Shown piece by piece: positions 24,891 to 33,915 of a stretch of 37,870 nucleotides of DNA. A model generated the notes under the pieces. It was not told where the DNA came from. It saw only the letters and a program-made list of their open reading frames with translations, and did no database searches. Numbering within the stretch: position 1 is the first letter of the stretch; each line of letters begins with the position of its first letter. Made by a program: the position numbers and the translations under genes. The stretch is from Polyangiaceae bacterium (GTDB lineage: Bacteria > Myxococcota_A > Polyangia > Polyangiales > Polyangiaceae): contig JBGANF010000077.1 of assembly GCA_044222475.1 (NCBI GenBank), positions 1 through 37,870 on the forward strand. The letters are read 5' to 3'.

Positions 24891-27571
24891 GACGCCTTCG
24901 ACTCGCGTGCGCGTGGAGCGACCCGCTCGACGACGCCTCGATCGCCGTCGACGCGGATCATGTCCCCCGTGCGCAACGCGTGAGTCGCGGATGCGACGCT
25001 CACCACGCTCGGCACTCCGAGCTCGCGCGCGACGATCGCCGCATGCGACAGCGCGCCGCCCAGCTCGGTGACCACTCCGGCCGCGACCATGAACAGCGGC
25101 GTCCACCCGACGTCCGTCGCATGAACGACCAGGATTTCACCCGGCTGGAGCAACCCCATGTCCGCCTCGCTGCGGAGAATCCGCGCGCGGCCTTCCACGA
25201 TGCCGCTCGACGCAGCGAGCCCGCGGAGTTGCTCCCCGCCGCTCGGCGGCAGGAGCACCGATCGCGGCGCGCCGACGAACGTCGTCGGCGGCTCCGGCCG
25301 CGCCAGGTCTCGCGCGTGCTCGGCACGACGCGCGCGGAGCAGCGGTACCATGTCGGTACGAGCGTTCCGCAGCGTGCTCAACAGCTCGTCCACCGATAGA
25401 AAGAATACCGACGGCACGCGCGCGATCTCGAGCCCGTGCGCCGCGAGCGCCCGCTCGTCGGCATCGAGGTCGGGCATCAAGCGCAACAACCGGCGCTCCG
25501 CGTCGAGGAAGATCTGCCGCATCCACCCGAGAACCCGCGTCACCCAATTTCGCATGCGCTCCCGCAGCCGCGCCGCCTTCTGCGCGCGCCCCACGAGGTG
25601 GCGCAGCGCCGTCTGCTCGATCACGTTCATCCGTGGGAGGATCCGCTGCATCTCGGCGTCGGCGAGGGCTCGCGCGGTGGCGAACGCACGCTCGGGATCG
25701 CGGGCCTCGCCGCGGAGCGCGACGCGCAGCATCGTCAACACCGGCCGAGGATCCTCGCGCCAGCGCGGCGTCGAGAGCTCCGGCTCACGCACCGCGCGGT
25801 CGCCGTACAGGTCGAGGTACGCGACGAGCGCTCTGCGCGTCGGTCCATCGGGCAGCGCGTCGAGGCCGGCGATCGACCCATCCCCGATCCGCTCGATCGC
25901 GGCGCGAGCCGCCGGCTCCGCCTGAGCGAGAGCGACGACGCGCATCAAGCCGATCGCCGGGCGCGCGCTCTCGAGATCCCGTACGCCGCTCGTGAGCGAC
26001 TGCGCGAGCCGGTCCGCGCCGATCGGTGCGACCCGGGTGAGCAACTCCTTGAGCACGAGGTGCGCACCGAGCGCGCTCGATGCACACGTGAGCATCACGC
26101 TCCCCGTGCGCTCGAGCATCTCCTGCGCGTCGAGGATCGTCCGCGCGAGACCCTCGTCGGGGAGGATCGCCAAATCGAGCGCGTGCTGTTGCTCGAGCGC
26201 GCGCTCGGCCCACGTCTCGAACTTGTGGATGTCCTCGTCCAGACGAAGCTGCTCGCGCACGAGGCGCGTCGCCGTGAGCGGCAGTCGCGCGTAGAAGCCG
26301 CGGTGCGACACGTCGCGCGATTGGGCGATGAGCTCCTCGCTTCCGCCACCACCGGCGAGCTCGACGAACGTCCGCGGCTCGAGCCACGGGACCTGCGACG
26401 CGATGCGCATGAACTCCGACAGGTTCAGGTAGAACCGCCCGTGCACGCTCGCCACGAGGTGAGCGCTCTTCGGAACGCGACACCCGAGCGTCGCGAAGGC
26501 CTGCCGGAAGCCGGTCTCGCTGAAGGTGCCCGCGACCGACCAGGTGAGCGGCGTCGCCACGCCGGGGAGCGCCTCGCCGACGTTCGCGTTGCTCCACACG
26601 GTGCTCGCGTCGCCACCGCTCGGATATCCACTCCCGGTCGCCGGCCGAACCTGGACGATCCACGTCTTGTCGCCTTCGCACGCGAACTCCACGTCGTGCG
26701 CGATGTCTTCGAGCTTCTCGAGGCGCAGCGCCGTCTCTGCGAGCGACAAGATCGCCGCCGCGTCGAGCGCCGGTGCGTCCGGCCGATCGACGTCGTCGCC
26801 GGTGACGCGACCATCGCGCACTCCGAGGCGACGCGCCTTCGTCGCGACGATCGACTCGACGACCCGCCCCTTCTCGTCGATGCGGAGCACGTCGGGCGTC
26901 GTCTCGCCGGACGCCACCGACACACCGAGCCCGACCGTGGCGTTGATGACCCGCTCGCGCGCGTACCGCGGACGATCCGGCGCCTGCGTGAACATCACGC
27001 CCGCCGCCGTCGCCGGTACCATCCGCTGGAGGATGACGGCCATGCCGACCTCCTTCACGCCATGCGCCGCGAGGTACGACAGCGCGCGGCCGGACGCGAC
27101 CGACGCCCATACCGCACGGATCGCCTCGGCAAGCCCCTCGTCACCGGTGACACCGAGCTTCGTCTCGGCGAGGCCGGCCATGGACAAGAGGAGGCCGTCC
27201 TCGCAAGTCGCGCTCGAACGAACGGCGAGACCCCACGGTAGCCGCGGCGCTTGAGCGCGCCACAGCTCGGTGAGCTCGGCCGCGAGGCCGCGCGGGAGCG
27301 GCGCGCGAAGCAAGATCTCGCGCGCTTCCGCCGCGCGCGCGTCGCCGCTCTTGCCGCCGGCCGCGCGGAGGAGCGACTTCGGATCGCACCCCGGAGGAAG
27401 CTCCTTCAGCGCGGCTGCGAACACGTCGGTCGAGAGGACCCACGCATCGGGGACCGGAAAGCCGTTCTTCTCCAGCCAGACGAGCCGCGCCGCCTTGCCG
27501 CCGATCGCCTTCGCATCGGCGTCGCCACGTTTCTTGACGAGAGTTGCGAGGGGGACGAGCCAGGAGCTCAC
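24887..27571 (-). CDS. PEP-utilizer family phosphotransferase with RPH/PigC-type architecture (ATP-grasp, substrate domain, His swivel)
   Basis: IGGKAARL, LAVRSSA..ED..SMAG, LQRMV, DVEFA..QVRP; WSNANVGEALPG..TPLTWS; VTELGGALSHAAIVARELGVP. Confidence 0.88.
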   Translation of the reverse strand: MSSWLVPLATLVKKRGDADAKAIGGKAARLVWLEKNGFPVPDAWVLSTDVFAAALKELPPGCDPKSLLRAAGGKSGDARAAEAREILLRAPLPRGLAAELTELWRAQAPRLPWGLAVRSSATCEDGLLLSMAGLAETKLGVTGDEGLAEAIRAVWASVASGRALSYLAAHGVKEVGMAVILQRMVPATAAGVMFTQAPDRPRYARERVINATVGLGVSVASGETTPDVLRIDEKGRVVESIVATKARRLGVRDGRVTGDDVDRPDAPALDAAAILSLAETALRLEKLEDIAHDVEFACEGDKTWIVQVRPATGSGYPSGGDASTVWSNANVGEALPGVATPLTWSVAGTFSETGFRQAFATLGCRVPKSAHLVASVHGRFYLNLSEFMRIASQVPWLEPRTFVELAGGGGSEELIAQSRDVSHRGFYARLPLTATRLVREQLRLDEDIHKFETWAERALEQQHALDLAILPDEGLARTILDAQEMLERTGSVMLTCASSALGAHLVLKELLTRVAPIGADRLAQSLTSGVRDLESARPAIGLMRVVALAQAEPAARAAIERIGDGSIAGLDALPDGPTRRALVAYLDLYGDRAVREPELSTPRWREDPRPVLTMLRVALRGEARDPERAFATARALADAEMQRILPRMNVIEQTALRHLVGRAQKAARLRERMRNWVTRVLGWMRQIFLDAERRLLRLMPDLDADERALAAHGLEIARVPSVFFLSVDELLSTLRNARTDMVPLLRARRAEHARDLARPEPPTTFVGAPRSVLLPPSGGEQLRGLAASSGIVEGRARILRSEADMGLLQPGEILVVHATDVGWTPLFMVAAGVVTELGGALSHAAIVARELGVPSVVSVASATHALRTGDMIRVDGDRGVVERVAPRARESKAS

Positions 27572-27593
27572 GGAGGCGCGAGCATAGCCGATC

Positions 27594-28172
27594 CTAGTCG
27601 GGCAACGGAGCGCACGTCGCGGCGTCGGGGTGGAGCGACCGCTCGAAGACGCAGTGACCGCGTTCGCGAGCGAGCGCCGCCAGCGCCGGATCCTTGGCTA
27701 CGCCATGACCCGACTCGAGCGCCATCGCGTAGTGCTCGCAGCCGGTGGACGCGTCGACCGCGCAGGACGACCGGAAGAGCGCCACCGCGTGGGCCTCGTC
27801 CTTCGCGACTCCCCGACCGTCGAGGTACATGACGCCGAGCCCGTTGCACGAGGCCGCGTACCCGCCGTCGCAACCTTTGCGAAAGAAGGCCACCGCCGCC
27901 GCGTCGTGCTCCGGCGTCGCCGCCGAGTAGTAGTGATCGAGCGCGGCGGCGTGGCACCCGCTCATGGTGCCGGCGTTGCAGTCCGCTTCGTGCTTCGCTT
28001 GCTCGGCCGGCTCGCTCGGGGTGTGCGTGCGCGTGTTGGACGTGTGCGTCGCTCCTTGAACGACCACGGTGATCGGCTTCGGGTCACCCGGCGGCGCGTC
28101 TGGCGCGGCCGCGCTCGCGCACCCGGCGACGGGCCCGGCCAACATCATGCAGATTGCAGCTATCCGTCTCAC
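27594..28172 (-). CDS. Sel1-like repeat lipoprotein
   Basis: VAGC lipobox; CNGLGVMYLDGRGVAKDEAHA.ALFRSSC repeats; GTG 28172 overlaps the rhodanese stop. Confidence 0.8.
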   Translation of the reverse strand: MRRIAAICMMLAGPVAGCASAAAPDAPPGDPKPITVVVQGATHTSNTRTHTPSEPAEQAKHEADCNAGTMSGCHAAALDHYYSAATPEHDAAAVAFFRKGCDGGYAASCNGLGVMYLDGRGVAKDEAHAVALFRSSCAVDASTGCEHYAMALESGHGVAKDPALAALARERGHCVFERSLHPDAATCAPLPD

Positions 28173-28510
28173 CAGCGTCCCATGGCTCCGAGGTCGTGTA
28201 CGTTGGTACGCCCGCTCGCCTTCAGAATTCCCTTCGCCCGCGCGCTTCGCATCCCGCTGGCGCAATAGACGACGTAGACGCCGTCCTTGGGCCCGAGCTC
28301 CTCGACCCGCGCCTCTAAGTCACCGACCGGCACGTTGACCGCACCCTCGATGTGGCCGCCCTGGAACTCGGCGCGCGACCGCACGTCGATGAGCTTCGCC
28401 CCCGCTTTCACGAGGGCCTTGGCCTCTGCCGGCGCCACTTTGCCGAGGCGTTGCGAGATGATCCACGCGAGGACGAGGGCGACGGGGACGACGAAGTACC
28501 AGCTATCCAT
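28169..28510 (-). CDS. Rhodanese-like domain protein with N-terminal membrane anchor
   Basis: LIDVRS.AEF..GHIEGA.N.P, active-site loop YCASGMRS. Confidence 0.92.
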   Translation of the reverse strand: MDSWYFVVPVALVLAWIISQRLGKVAPAEAKALVKAGAKLIDVRSRAEFQGGHIEGAVNVPVGDLEARVEELGPKDGVYVVYCASGMRSARAKGILKASGRTNVHDLGAMGRW

Positions 28511-28593
28511 GGGTGTTTCGAGCCAACGAGGGGACCGAGAGATTCGCTGAACGCTGCCTTGACGGGCGGGCGCTTGGGGGCTTGGATCATGCC

Positions 28594-29571
28594 ATGGCCA
28601 CCCTTCTCGAGCAGCTCAAAGACATGACCGTCGTCGTCGCGGACACCGGAGACATCAAGTCGATGGAAAAGTTCCGCCCGCGCGACGCGACGACGAACCC
28701 GTCGCTCATCACCGCGGCGGCGTCGATGCCCGAGTACTCGGCAATCGTCGACGAGGCCCTCGCCTGGGCGAAGAAAGACGCCGGCGCGGGCGCGAGCACG
28801 GACGCCATCGTCAAGAAGGCGATCGACCGGCTGAGCGTCGAGTTCGGCCTGCGCATCTTGAAGATCGTCCCCGGCCGCGTCTCCACCGAGGTCGACGCCC
28901 GCCTCTCCTACGACGTCGAAGGCTCGATCGCGAAGGCCCGCTACTTGATCTCGCAGTACGAAGCGGCGGGCGTCGGGCGCGACCGCATCCTCATCAAGCT
29001 CGCGTCGACCTGGGAGGGCATCCGCGCCGCGGAGAAGCTCGAGAAGGAAGGCATCCACTGCAACCTCACGCTGCTCTTCGGGATCCACCAGGCCGTCGCC
29101 TGCGCCGAGGCGAAGGTCACCCTCATCTCGCCGTTCGTCGGGCGAATCCTCGACTGGTACAAGAAGAGCACCGGCAAGGACAGCTACGCCCCGCACGAGG
29201 ATCCGGGCGTCGTCAGCGTCACGAAGATCTTCAACTACTACAAGAAGTTCGGCCACCGGACCGAGGTCATGGGCGCGAGCTTCCGCAACATCGGCGAGAT
29301 CACCGAGCTCGCCGGGTGCGACCTGCTCACGATCGCGCCCGCGCTCCTCGCCGAGCTCGACTCGAAGAGCGACCCGCTCCCGCGCAAGCTCGATCCCGTC
29401 GCCGTCGACAAGATGCCCATCGAGCGCATGACGATGGACGAAGCGATCTTCCGCAAGATGCACGACGCCGATCCGATGTCGAAGGAGAAGCTCGCCGAGG
29501 GCATCGAGGGCTTCACGAAGGCGCTCGTCTCGCTCGAGAAGATGCTCGCCGAGCGCCTCGCGAAGATGTGA
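28594..29571 (+). CDS. tal: Transaldolase
   Basis: [65 protein letters not shown]. Confidence 0.97.
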   Translation: MATLLEQLKDMTVVVADTGDIKSMEKFRPRDATTNPSLITAAASMPEYSAIVDEALAWAKKDAGAGASTDAIVKKAIDRLSVEFGLRILKIVPGRVSTEVDARLSYDVEGSIAKARYLISQYEAAGVGRDRILIKLASTWEGIRAAEKLEKEGIHCNLTLLFGIHQAVACAEAKVTLISPFVGRILDWYKKSTGKDSYAPHEDPGVVSVTKIFNYYKKFGHRTEVMGASFRNIGEITELAGCDLLTIAPALLAELDSKSDPLPRKLDPVAVDKMPIERMTMDEAIFRKMHDADPMSKEKLAEGIEGFTKALVSLEKMLAERLAKM

Positions 29572-29583
29572 ACCCAACAAACA

Positions 29584-29619
29584 CGAAGGGCGAGCACCCC
29601 GTGAGGCGCTCGCCCTTCG
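29584..29619. terminator. Stem-loop between convergent tal and Cys-rich gene
   Basis: 12-bp perfect stem CGAAGGGCGAGC / GCTCGCCCTTCG with a 12-nt loop; weak T-rich flanks. Confidence 0.75.
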
Positions 29620-29639
29620 CGTCGTTTCTCTAGCTCACG

Positions 29640-30830
29640 TCAGGGCGTGCAGCGCCACATGACGGTCGTGGCGAGGATCTGACCGTAGGTCGAGTCCTGG
29701 CCGGCGTTGCCCGCGCCATCGAAGGTCTTGGTGCCCGGGGCGGAGCAGCTGGTCGCGCCTTGGCAGTATCCGCACACGTTGCCGCAGGTTCCGCCGAAGT
29801 TCGCTAGCGTTCCGTAACCGAGCTGCTTGCAGATCGCGAGCGCGCGGAACGATCCGCCGCTCGAGTTGGCCTGCGATACCCATGCTTCGGTCGACGAAGC
29901 GGAGCACACGACGTACTTCAGCGTCGGCGTGACCGGATCCGATCCGGTGTCACACGCGACCGGCACGCTCTTGAACTTGCAGATGCCGTTCACGCAGGCG
30001 GGGAATTGGCTCGGGCAAACCTTGCCGCACCCTCCGCAGTTGTTTTCGTCGGACTGGAGGTTCGCGCAGATCGGCGCCCCACCGTCCGTCGGGCAAAGCG
30101 TGTTCGGTGCACCACACGTGGTGGAGCAGCTACCGTTGACGCACTGCTGGCCGTTCGCGCACTTCGTTCCGCAGGCGCCGCAGTTGGCGTCGTCGGTCTT
30201 GAGGTTGGCGCAGTAGTTCGGTCCGAGGACCGCGCCCGAGTCGTTTGCCGCGTCGCTAGCCGCATCGCTCACCCCCGCGTCCGATTGAGGCGTGCTGCAG
30301 AGCGTGAGACCCACCTGACACGAGATCTGACACTTGCCGGCGACGCACTGCTCGCCGCCCGCGCAGAGCGTTCCGCAGGTGCCGCAGTTGACCTGATCGG
30401 TCTGGGTGTTGACGCACGAGTTGCCGCACACCGTCGAGCCGGCGCCGCACCCGTTGGCGCATACACCCGCGTTGCAGACCTGCCCGGCGCCGCACTTGGT
30501 GCCGCAGGTGCCGCAGTTCGATCCGTCCGTCTTGGTGTCGGCGCACGAGTTGCCGCACTTGGTCGTGCCGCCGCCACAGCTGGCCGCGCACGCGCCTTGC
30601 GAGCAGACTTCACCCGCGCCGCACTTCTTCCCGCACGCGCCACAGTTCTCCGCGTCACGCGCGACCACCGTGCACGTCGTGCCGCACACCTGCGAGCCGT
30701 CGCCGCAGTTGACGCCGGCTTCGACCGGAACCGTCGTCGTGGTGCCGCTCGAACATGCAGCCACGATGGCCAGCCCGGCAGCGAACACGCCAGCTATGAG
30801 GGCGCTGGCGTTGAGTTTCTTGAAATTCAT
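29640..30830 (-). CDS. Cys-rich repeat lipoprotein (five DxxNCGxCGxxC repeats)
   Basis: MNFKKL..IVAAC lipobox; GGAGG SD; repeats DAENCG, DGSNCG, DQVNCG, DDANCG, DENNCG; distinct C-terminal domain. Confidence 0.88.
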   Translation of the reverse strand: MNFKKLNASALIAGVFAAGLAIVAACSSGTTTTVPVEAGVNCGDGSQVCGTTCTVVARDAENCGACGKKCGAGEVCSQGACAASCGGGTTKCGNSCADTKTDGSNCGTCGTKCGAGQVCNAGVCANGCGAGSTVCGNSCVNTQTDQVNCGTCGTLCAGGEQCVAGKCQISCQVGLTLCSTPQSDAGVSDAASDAANDSGAVLGPNYCANLKTDDANCGACGTKCANGQQCVNGSCSTTCGAPNTLCPTDGGAPICANLQSDENNCGGCGKVCPSQFPACVNGICKFKSVPVACDTGSDPVTPTLKYVVCSASSTEAWVSQANSSGGSFRALAICKQLGYGTLANFGGTCGNVCGYCQGATSCSAPGTKTFDGAGNAGQDSTYGQILATTVMWRCTP

Positions 30831-30849
30831 GGAGACCTCCAAACTTCGC

Positions 30850-30878
30850 CTTATGCAAAAGCTTGGCCCCGTTGTCAA
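30850..30878 (-). promoter_or_regulatory. Overlapping sigma70-like and sigma54-like promoter motifs
   Basis: TTGACA-17 nt-CATAAG; GGGCCAAGCTTTTGCA (GG-N10-GC, 30854-30869). Confidence 0.45.
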
Positions 30879-31514
30879 TCACGCATGGGGCGCCGTGTCC
30901 CGCATCGAGGGTCGCGCACGGAATGCGTCGTACCACGCAAAAAGGTCGGGCCTGTTCGGCCGCAGATCACCGCGCAGGTCACCGAGCACGTTGCGGAACT
31001 CCAGCCAGCCGATCGTCACGCCGGCGGCCACTTGGCCCAGGTCGACGGCAGAAGAGAACGACCCGACCTCGCGCTCGAGCGCGTCGAGACCTTGGTTCGC
31101 TTTCTCCGTCTGGCCGCTGAGCCAAGGGTCGTACTGCAGCTCCTTCGGACGATGCTGCCTCTCGTAGAAGACCTGAACCGCAGCTTCGAGGATGCCGTCG
31201 CACAGCGCGTGAACGCGCAGCACGCGAAAGCGTTCGGGCCCGGAGGCCGGGATCATCTTCGGGCCACCCGGCGCGATCGAGTCGAGATACTCGCAGATCA
31301 CCGAGGAGTCGTAGAGCGAGCTCCCGTCTTCGAGGATCAGGGTCGGGATCTTCGACAGCGGGTTCTCCTTCGAGAGCACCGCGTCGGTCTTCACCGGCGT
31401 CGGGCGAAGGAACGTCGTCTCGATCCGATCGGCGAGCCCGAGCTCGTGAGCGCAGACCATCACCTTGCGAACGAAGGGAGACGTGGGCGTGTAGTAGAGC
31501 TTCAGCTTCTTCAC
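30879..31514 (-). CDS. Glutathione S-transferase family protein
   Basis: LYYTPTSPFVRKV, NPLSKIPTL..DG..LYDSSVICEYLD. Confidence 0.93.
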   Translation of the reverse strand: MKKLKLYYTPTSPFVRKVMVCAHELGLADRIETTFLRPTPVKTDAVLSKENPLSKIPTLILEDGSSLYDSSVICEYLDSIAPGGPKMIPASGPERFRVLRVHALCDGILEAAVQVFYERQHRPKELQYDPWLSGQTEKANQGLDALEREVGSFSSAVDLGQVAAGVTIGWLEFRNVLGDLRGDLRPNRPDLFAWYDAFRARPSMRDTAPHA

Positions 31515-31527
31515 GCCCGCGAGGGTT

Positions 31528-33915
31528 TCACGAACCGGCGGTACGCCACAAGCGGAGCCCGGCGGGGATCACCACGAGCGCCGCCACGAGCCCAGCGATC
31601 GATCCGAGCGCGCCCACGGCGCCGACATCGAACAAGCCATCGAACTTGCACACCATGAGCGCGCCGAACCCGGCCGACGTCGTCAACGCGGTCGCCACGA
31701 CCAGCGAGCCCTGCGTACGCAGCGCGTTCTCGACCGCGGCGTCCGCATTGGCTCCGCCCTCCCGCGCGGCATAGAGGAGGAACATCGCCTCGTCCATCGT
31801 GATCCCGAGCAAGACCGGAAGCACGAGCGCGTCGTAGGCGTGCCAGCGGATTCCCAGGACGCGCATCGCTCCGCACACGATCGCGATCGCGGTGACGAGC
31901 GTCCCCACCGCGAGGACCACGTCGCGCGGCCGCTTGAGCGACGCGCCGAGCGCGATGCCGACGAGGACGAGCGCGGCGAGGCCGATGCGGGGAAGATCGT
32001 GCGCGAGGGTGTCCTTGAGCGAGCTCTCCAGGAACGGGTATCCGGTGATGATCGCCTTCGGGTCGGCCGCGCGGATCGCCGCCTCGACGGCGCGATCGTC
32101 GGCGGCGTTGCCCTTCGGGCGCACGAACGTGACCGCGAGCGTCTCGCCGTCGTCCTCCGCGAGGTGCCGCGCGAGGAGCCACGGGGATGGCGCCTCGGTC
32201 GGCGGCGCGGACGGCGCGTCGAACGCGCGCAGGTCGAACGCCGACGCGTCCCAGCCTCCAGCTTCGAGCGCGCGGAGAAGGTCCGCCTTCCGCTGCGGCA
32301 GACCTGCGCGATCGCGCTCCGCCATGCGTGCAGTCTGCAACTTGTTCCCGGGGGCGAACGTGGCGAGCGAATCGAACCCATCGACCTTCTTCTCCGCCGC
32401 GAGCGGATCGAGGGCCTCGGCGATCGCGTCGGCGCTGTCGCGCGCGGCGTCGCGATCCCGGTCGATGCTGAGCACAATCCACTGCCCGGGCTTGCCGCCA
32501 AAGAGCTCGAACACCTCGCGCTGGGTCTCGAGCGGTGCCATCCCCTTGGGCCGCAGCGCCACGATGGCGTCGCCGCTGCGCGGCCCGCCGACCGCGATCA
32601 CGCCGAGCACGATCGCGAGCGCGACGCCGAGCGCCACCGCAGCGCGGCCCCGAGTACCGGTCGCCCGCGCGAGGAGCTTCGCCCACGAGGGCATCGGCGC
32701 GTCGGCGTCGCCCGGTGGCGTGCCGCGCTCGAGCCATCGACCAATCTCGGGCGTGAGCTGCAGAATCGCGAGCGACGTGAGCACCTCGCCGACGCCGCAG
32801 AGGAGCCCGAGCTCGCGGAGCGCTCTCAGATCCGACAGCGCGAGCGCGCCGAACGTGCAACCGGCAGCGATCGCCGCGAGGAGCGTCGGCCGTGCCGTCT
32901 TGTCGCGCGCGTACGCGGCAGCGTCCTTCGGCGTCAGCCCCTTGCGCCGCCCCTCGAGCAGCGCCGCGTAGACGTGCACGCCGGTGTCGACACCGACGCC
33001 GACGACGACGGCCGCGAACGCGATGCTCATCGCCGACAGACCTTGCGGCAGGAGCGCCGCGCCGCCGAGCGTCCACAGGGTGCCGAGAACGAGGGGCGGC
33101 ATCACCGCCAGGAGCGCGCGCAAGCGCCGGAACGTGATCGCGAACACCAGCGCAGCGAGCACGGTGGAGAGCGCACCAGAGAGGAAGAGATCGCGGGTCA
33201 GCAGCGCGCGCGTCGCGACCGCGACGGCGTGACCGCCGGTCACGCGAGCGCTCACCCCGGGGTGCTTCGCACGCACCGTCGTCGCCGCGGCGTCGAAGTC
33301 GGTGACGAACGACTGCGCCGCCACCGGGTCGAACGCGCGCCCGCGCGGCTGAACCACGACGAGTCGGGCCTTCCCAGCGTCGGCGGAGAACTCCCCGTTC
33401 GACGCGATCGTGAGGCCGGCCGCGAGCTCGGTCTTTCCCTCCCACGGGATCTGCGCGAGGCGAAGCGGGTCTCGACTGAGGATCTCCTCCGCTTCCGACG
33501 CCGAGGGTCCGAGGAGGAGCTCCCGCGAGCCGGCGAGCCGCTCCGTCATCCCATTTTGGGACAGGGCCTGCTCCAGCCGAGCCCGGGACGACGGCCCGGC
33601 GTACAGCCACGCGAGCGACGGATCGAGCGACGGCTTCGGCGGGCTGCGGAGCACGCTCACGACGCTCGCTTTTCCGCCGAGCTCGGCTTCGAGATCGTGA
33701 GCGGCGGCCTCGACCTCGACGGGATCGTCACCTCGGACCAGCGCGATCGCGACGTCACCGCCCCCGAACGCCCGTTGAAACCTACCGAGCGCCGCCGCCT
33801 CGCCCTGCGAGGGGAACAGCGCGCTGAGGTCGCCCGAGACGTGGAGCCGCGGTCCGAGGGCGAGCGCGAGCGCGGTGACGAGAACGAGAAGCGCCCAGCG
33901 AATCCGGCCCGTCAT
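31528..33915 (-). CDS. MMPL/RND family transporter
   Basis: Two TM bundles with GVGVDTGVH and GITMDEAMF, VTGG, TTSAGFGAL; large periplasmic loops. Confidence 0.88.
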   Translation of the reverse strand: MTGRIRWALLVLVTALALALGPRLHVSGDLSALFPSQGEAAALGRFQRAFGGGDVAIALVRGDDPVEVEAAAHDLEAELGGKASVVSVLRSPPKPSLDPSLAWLYAGPSSRARLEQALSQNGMTERLAGSRELLLGPSASEAEEILSRDPLRLAQIPWEGKTELAAGLTIASNGEFSADAGKARLVVVQPRGRAFDPVAAQSFVTDFDAAATTVRAKHPGVSARVTGGHAVAVATRALLTRDLFLSGALSTVLAALVFAITFRRLRALLAVMPPLVLGTLWTLGGAALLPQGLSAMSIAFAAVVVGVGVDTGVHVYAALLEGRRKGLTPKDAAAYARDKTARPTLLAAIAAGCTFGALALSDLRALRELGLLCGVGEVLTSLAILQLTPEIGRWLERGTPPGDADAPMPSWAKLLARATGTRGRAAVALGVALAIVLGVIAVGGPRSGDAIVALRPKGMAPLETQREVFELFGGKPGQWIVLSIDRDRDAARDSADAIAEALDPLAAEKKVDGFDSLATFAPGNKLQTARMAERDRAGLPQRKADLLRALEAGGWDASAFDLRAFDAPSAPPTEAPSPWLLARHLAEDDGETLAVTFVRPKGNAADDRAVEAAIRAADPKAIITGYPFLESSLKDTLAHDLPRIGLAALVLVGIALGASLKRPRDVVLAVGTLVTAIAIVCGAMRVLGIRWHAYDALVLPVLLGITMDEAMFLLYAAREGGANADAAVENALRTQGSLVVATALTTSAGFGALMVCKFDGLFDVGAVGALGSIAGLVAALVVIPAGLRLWRTAGS

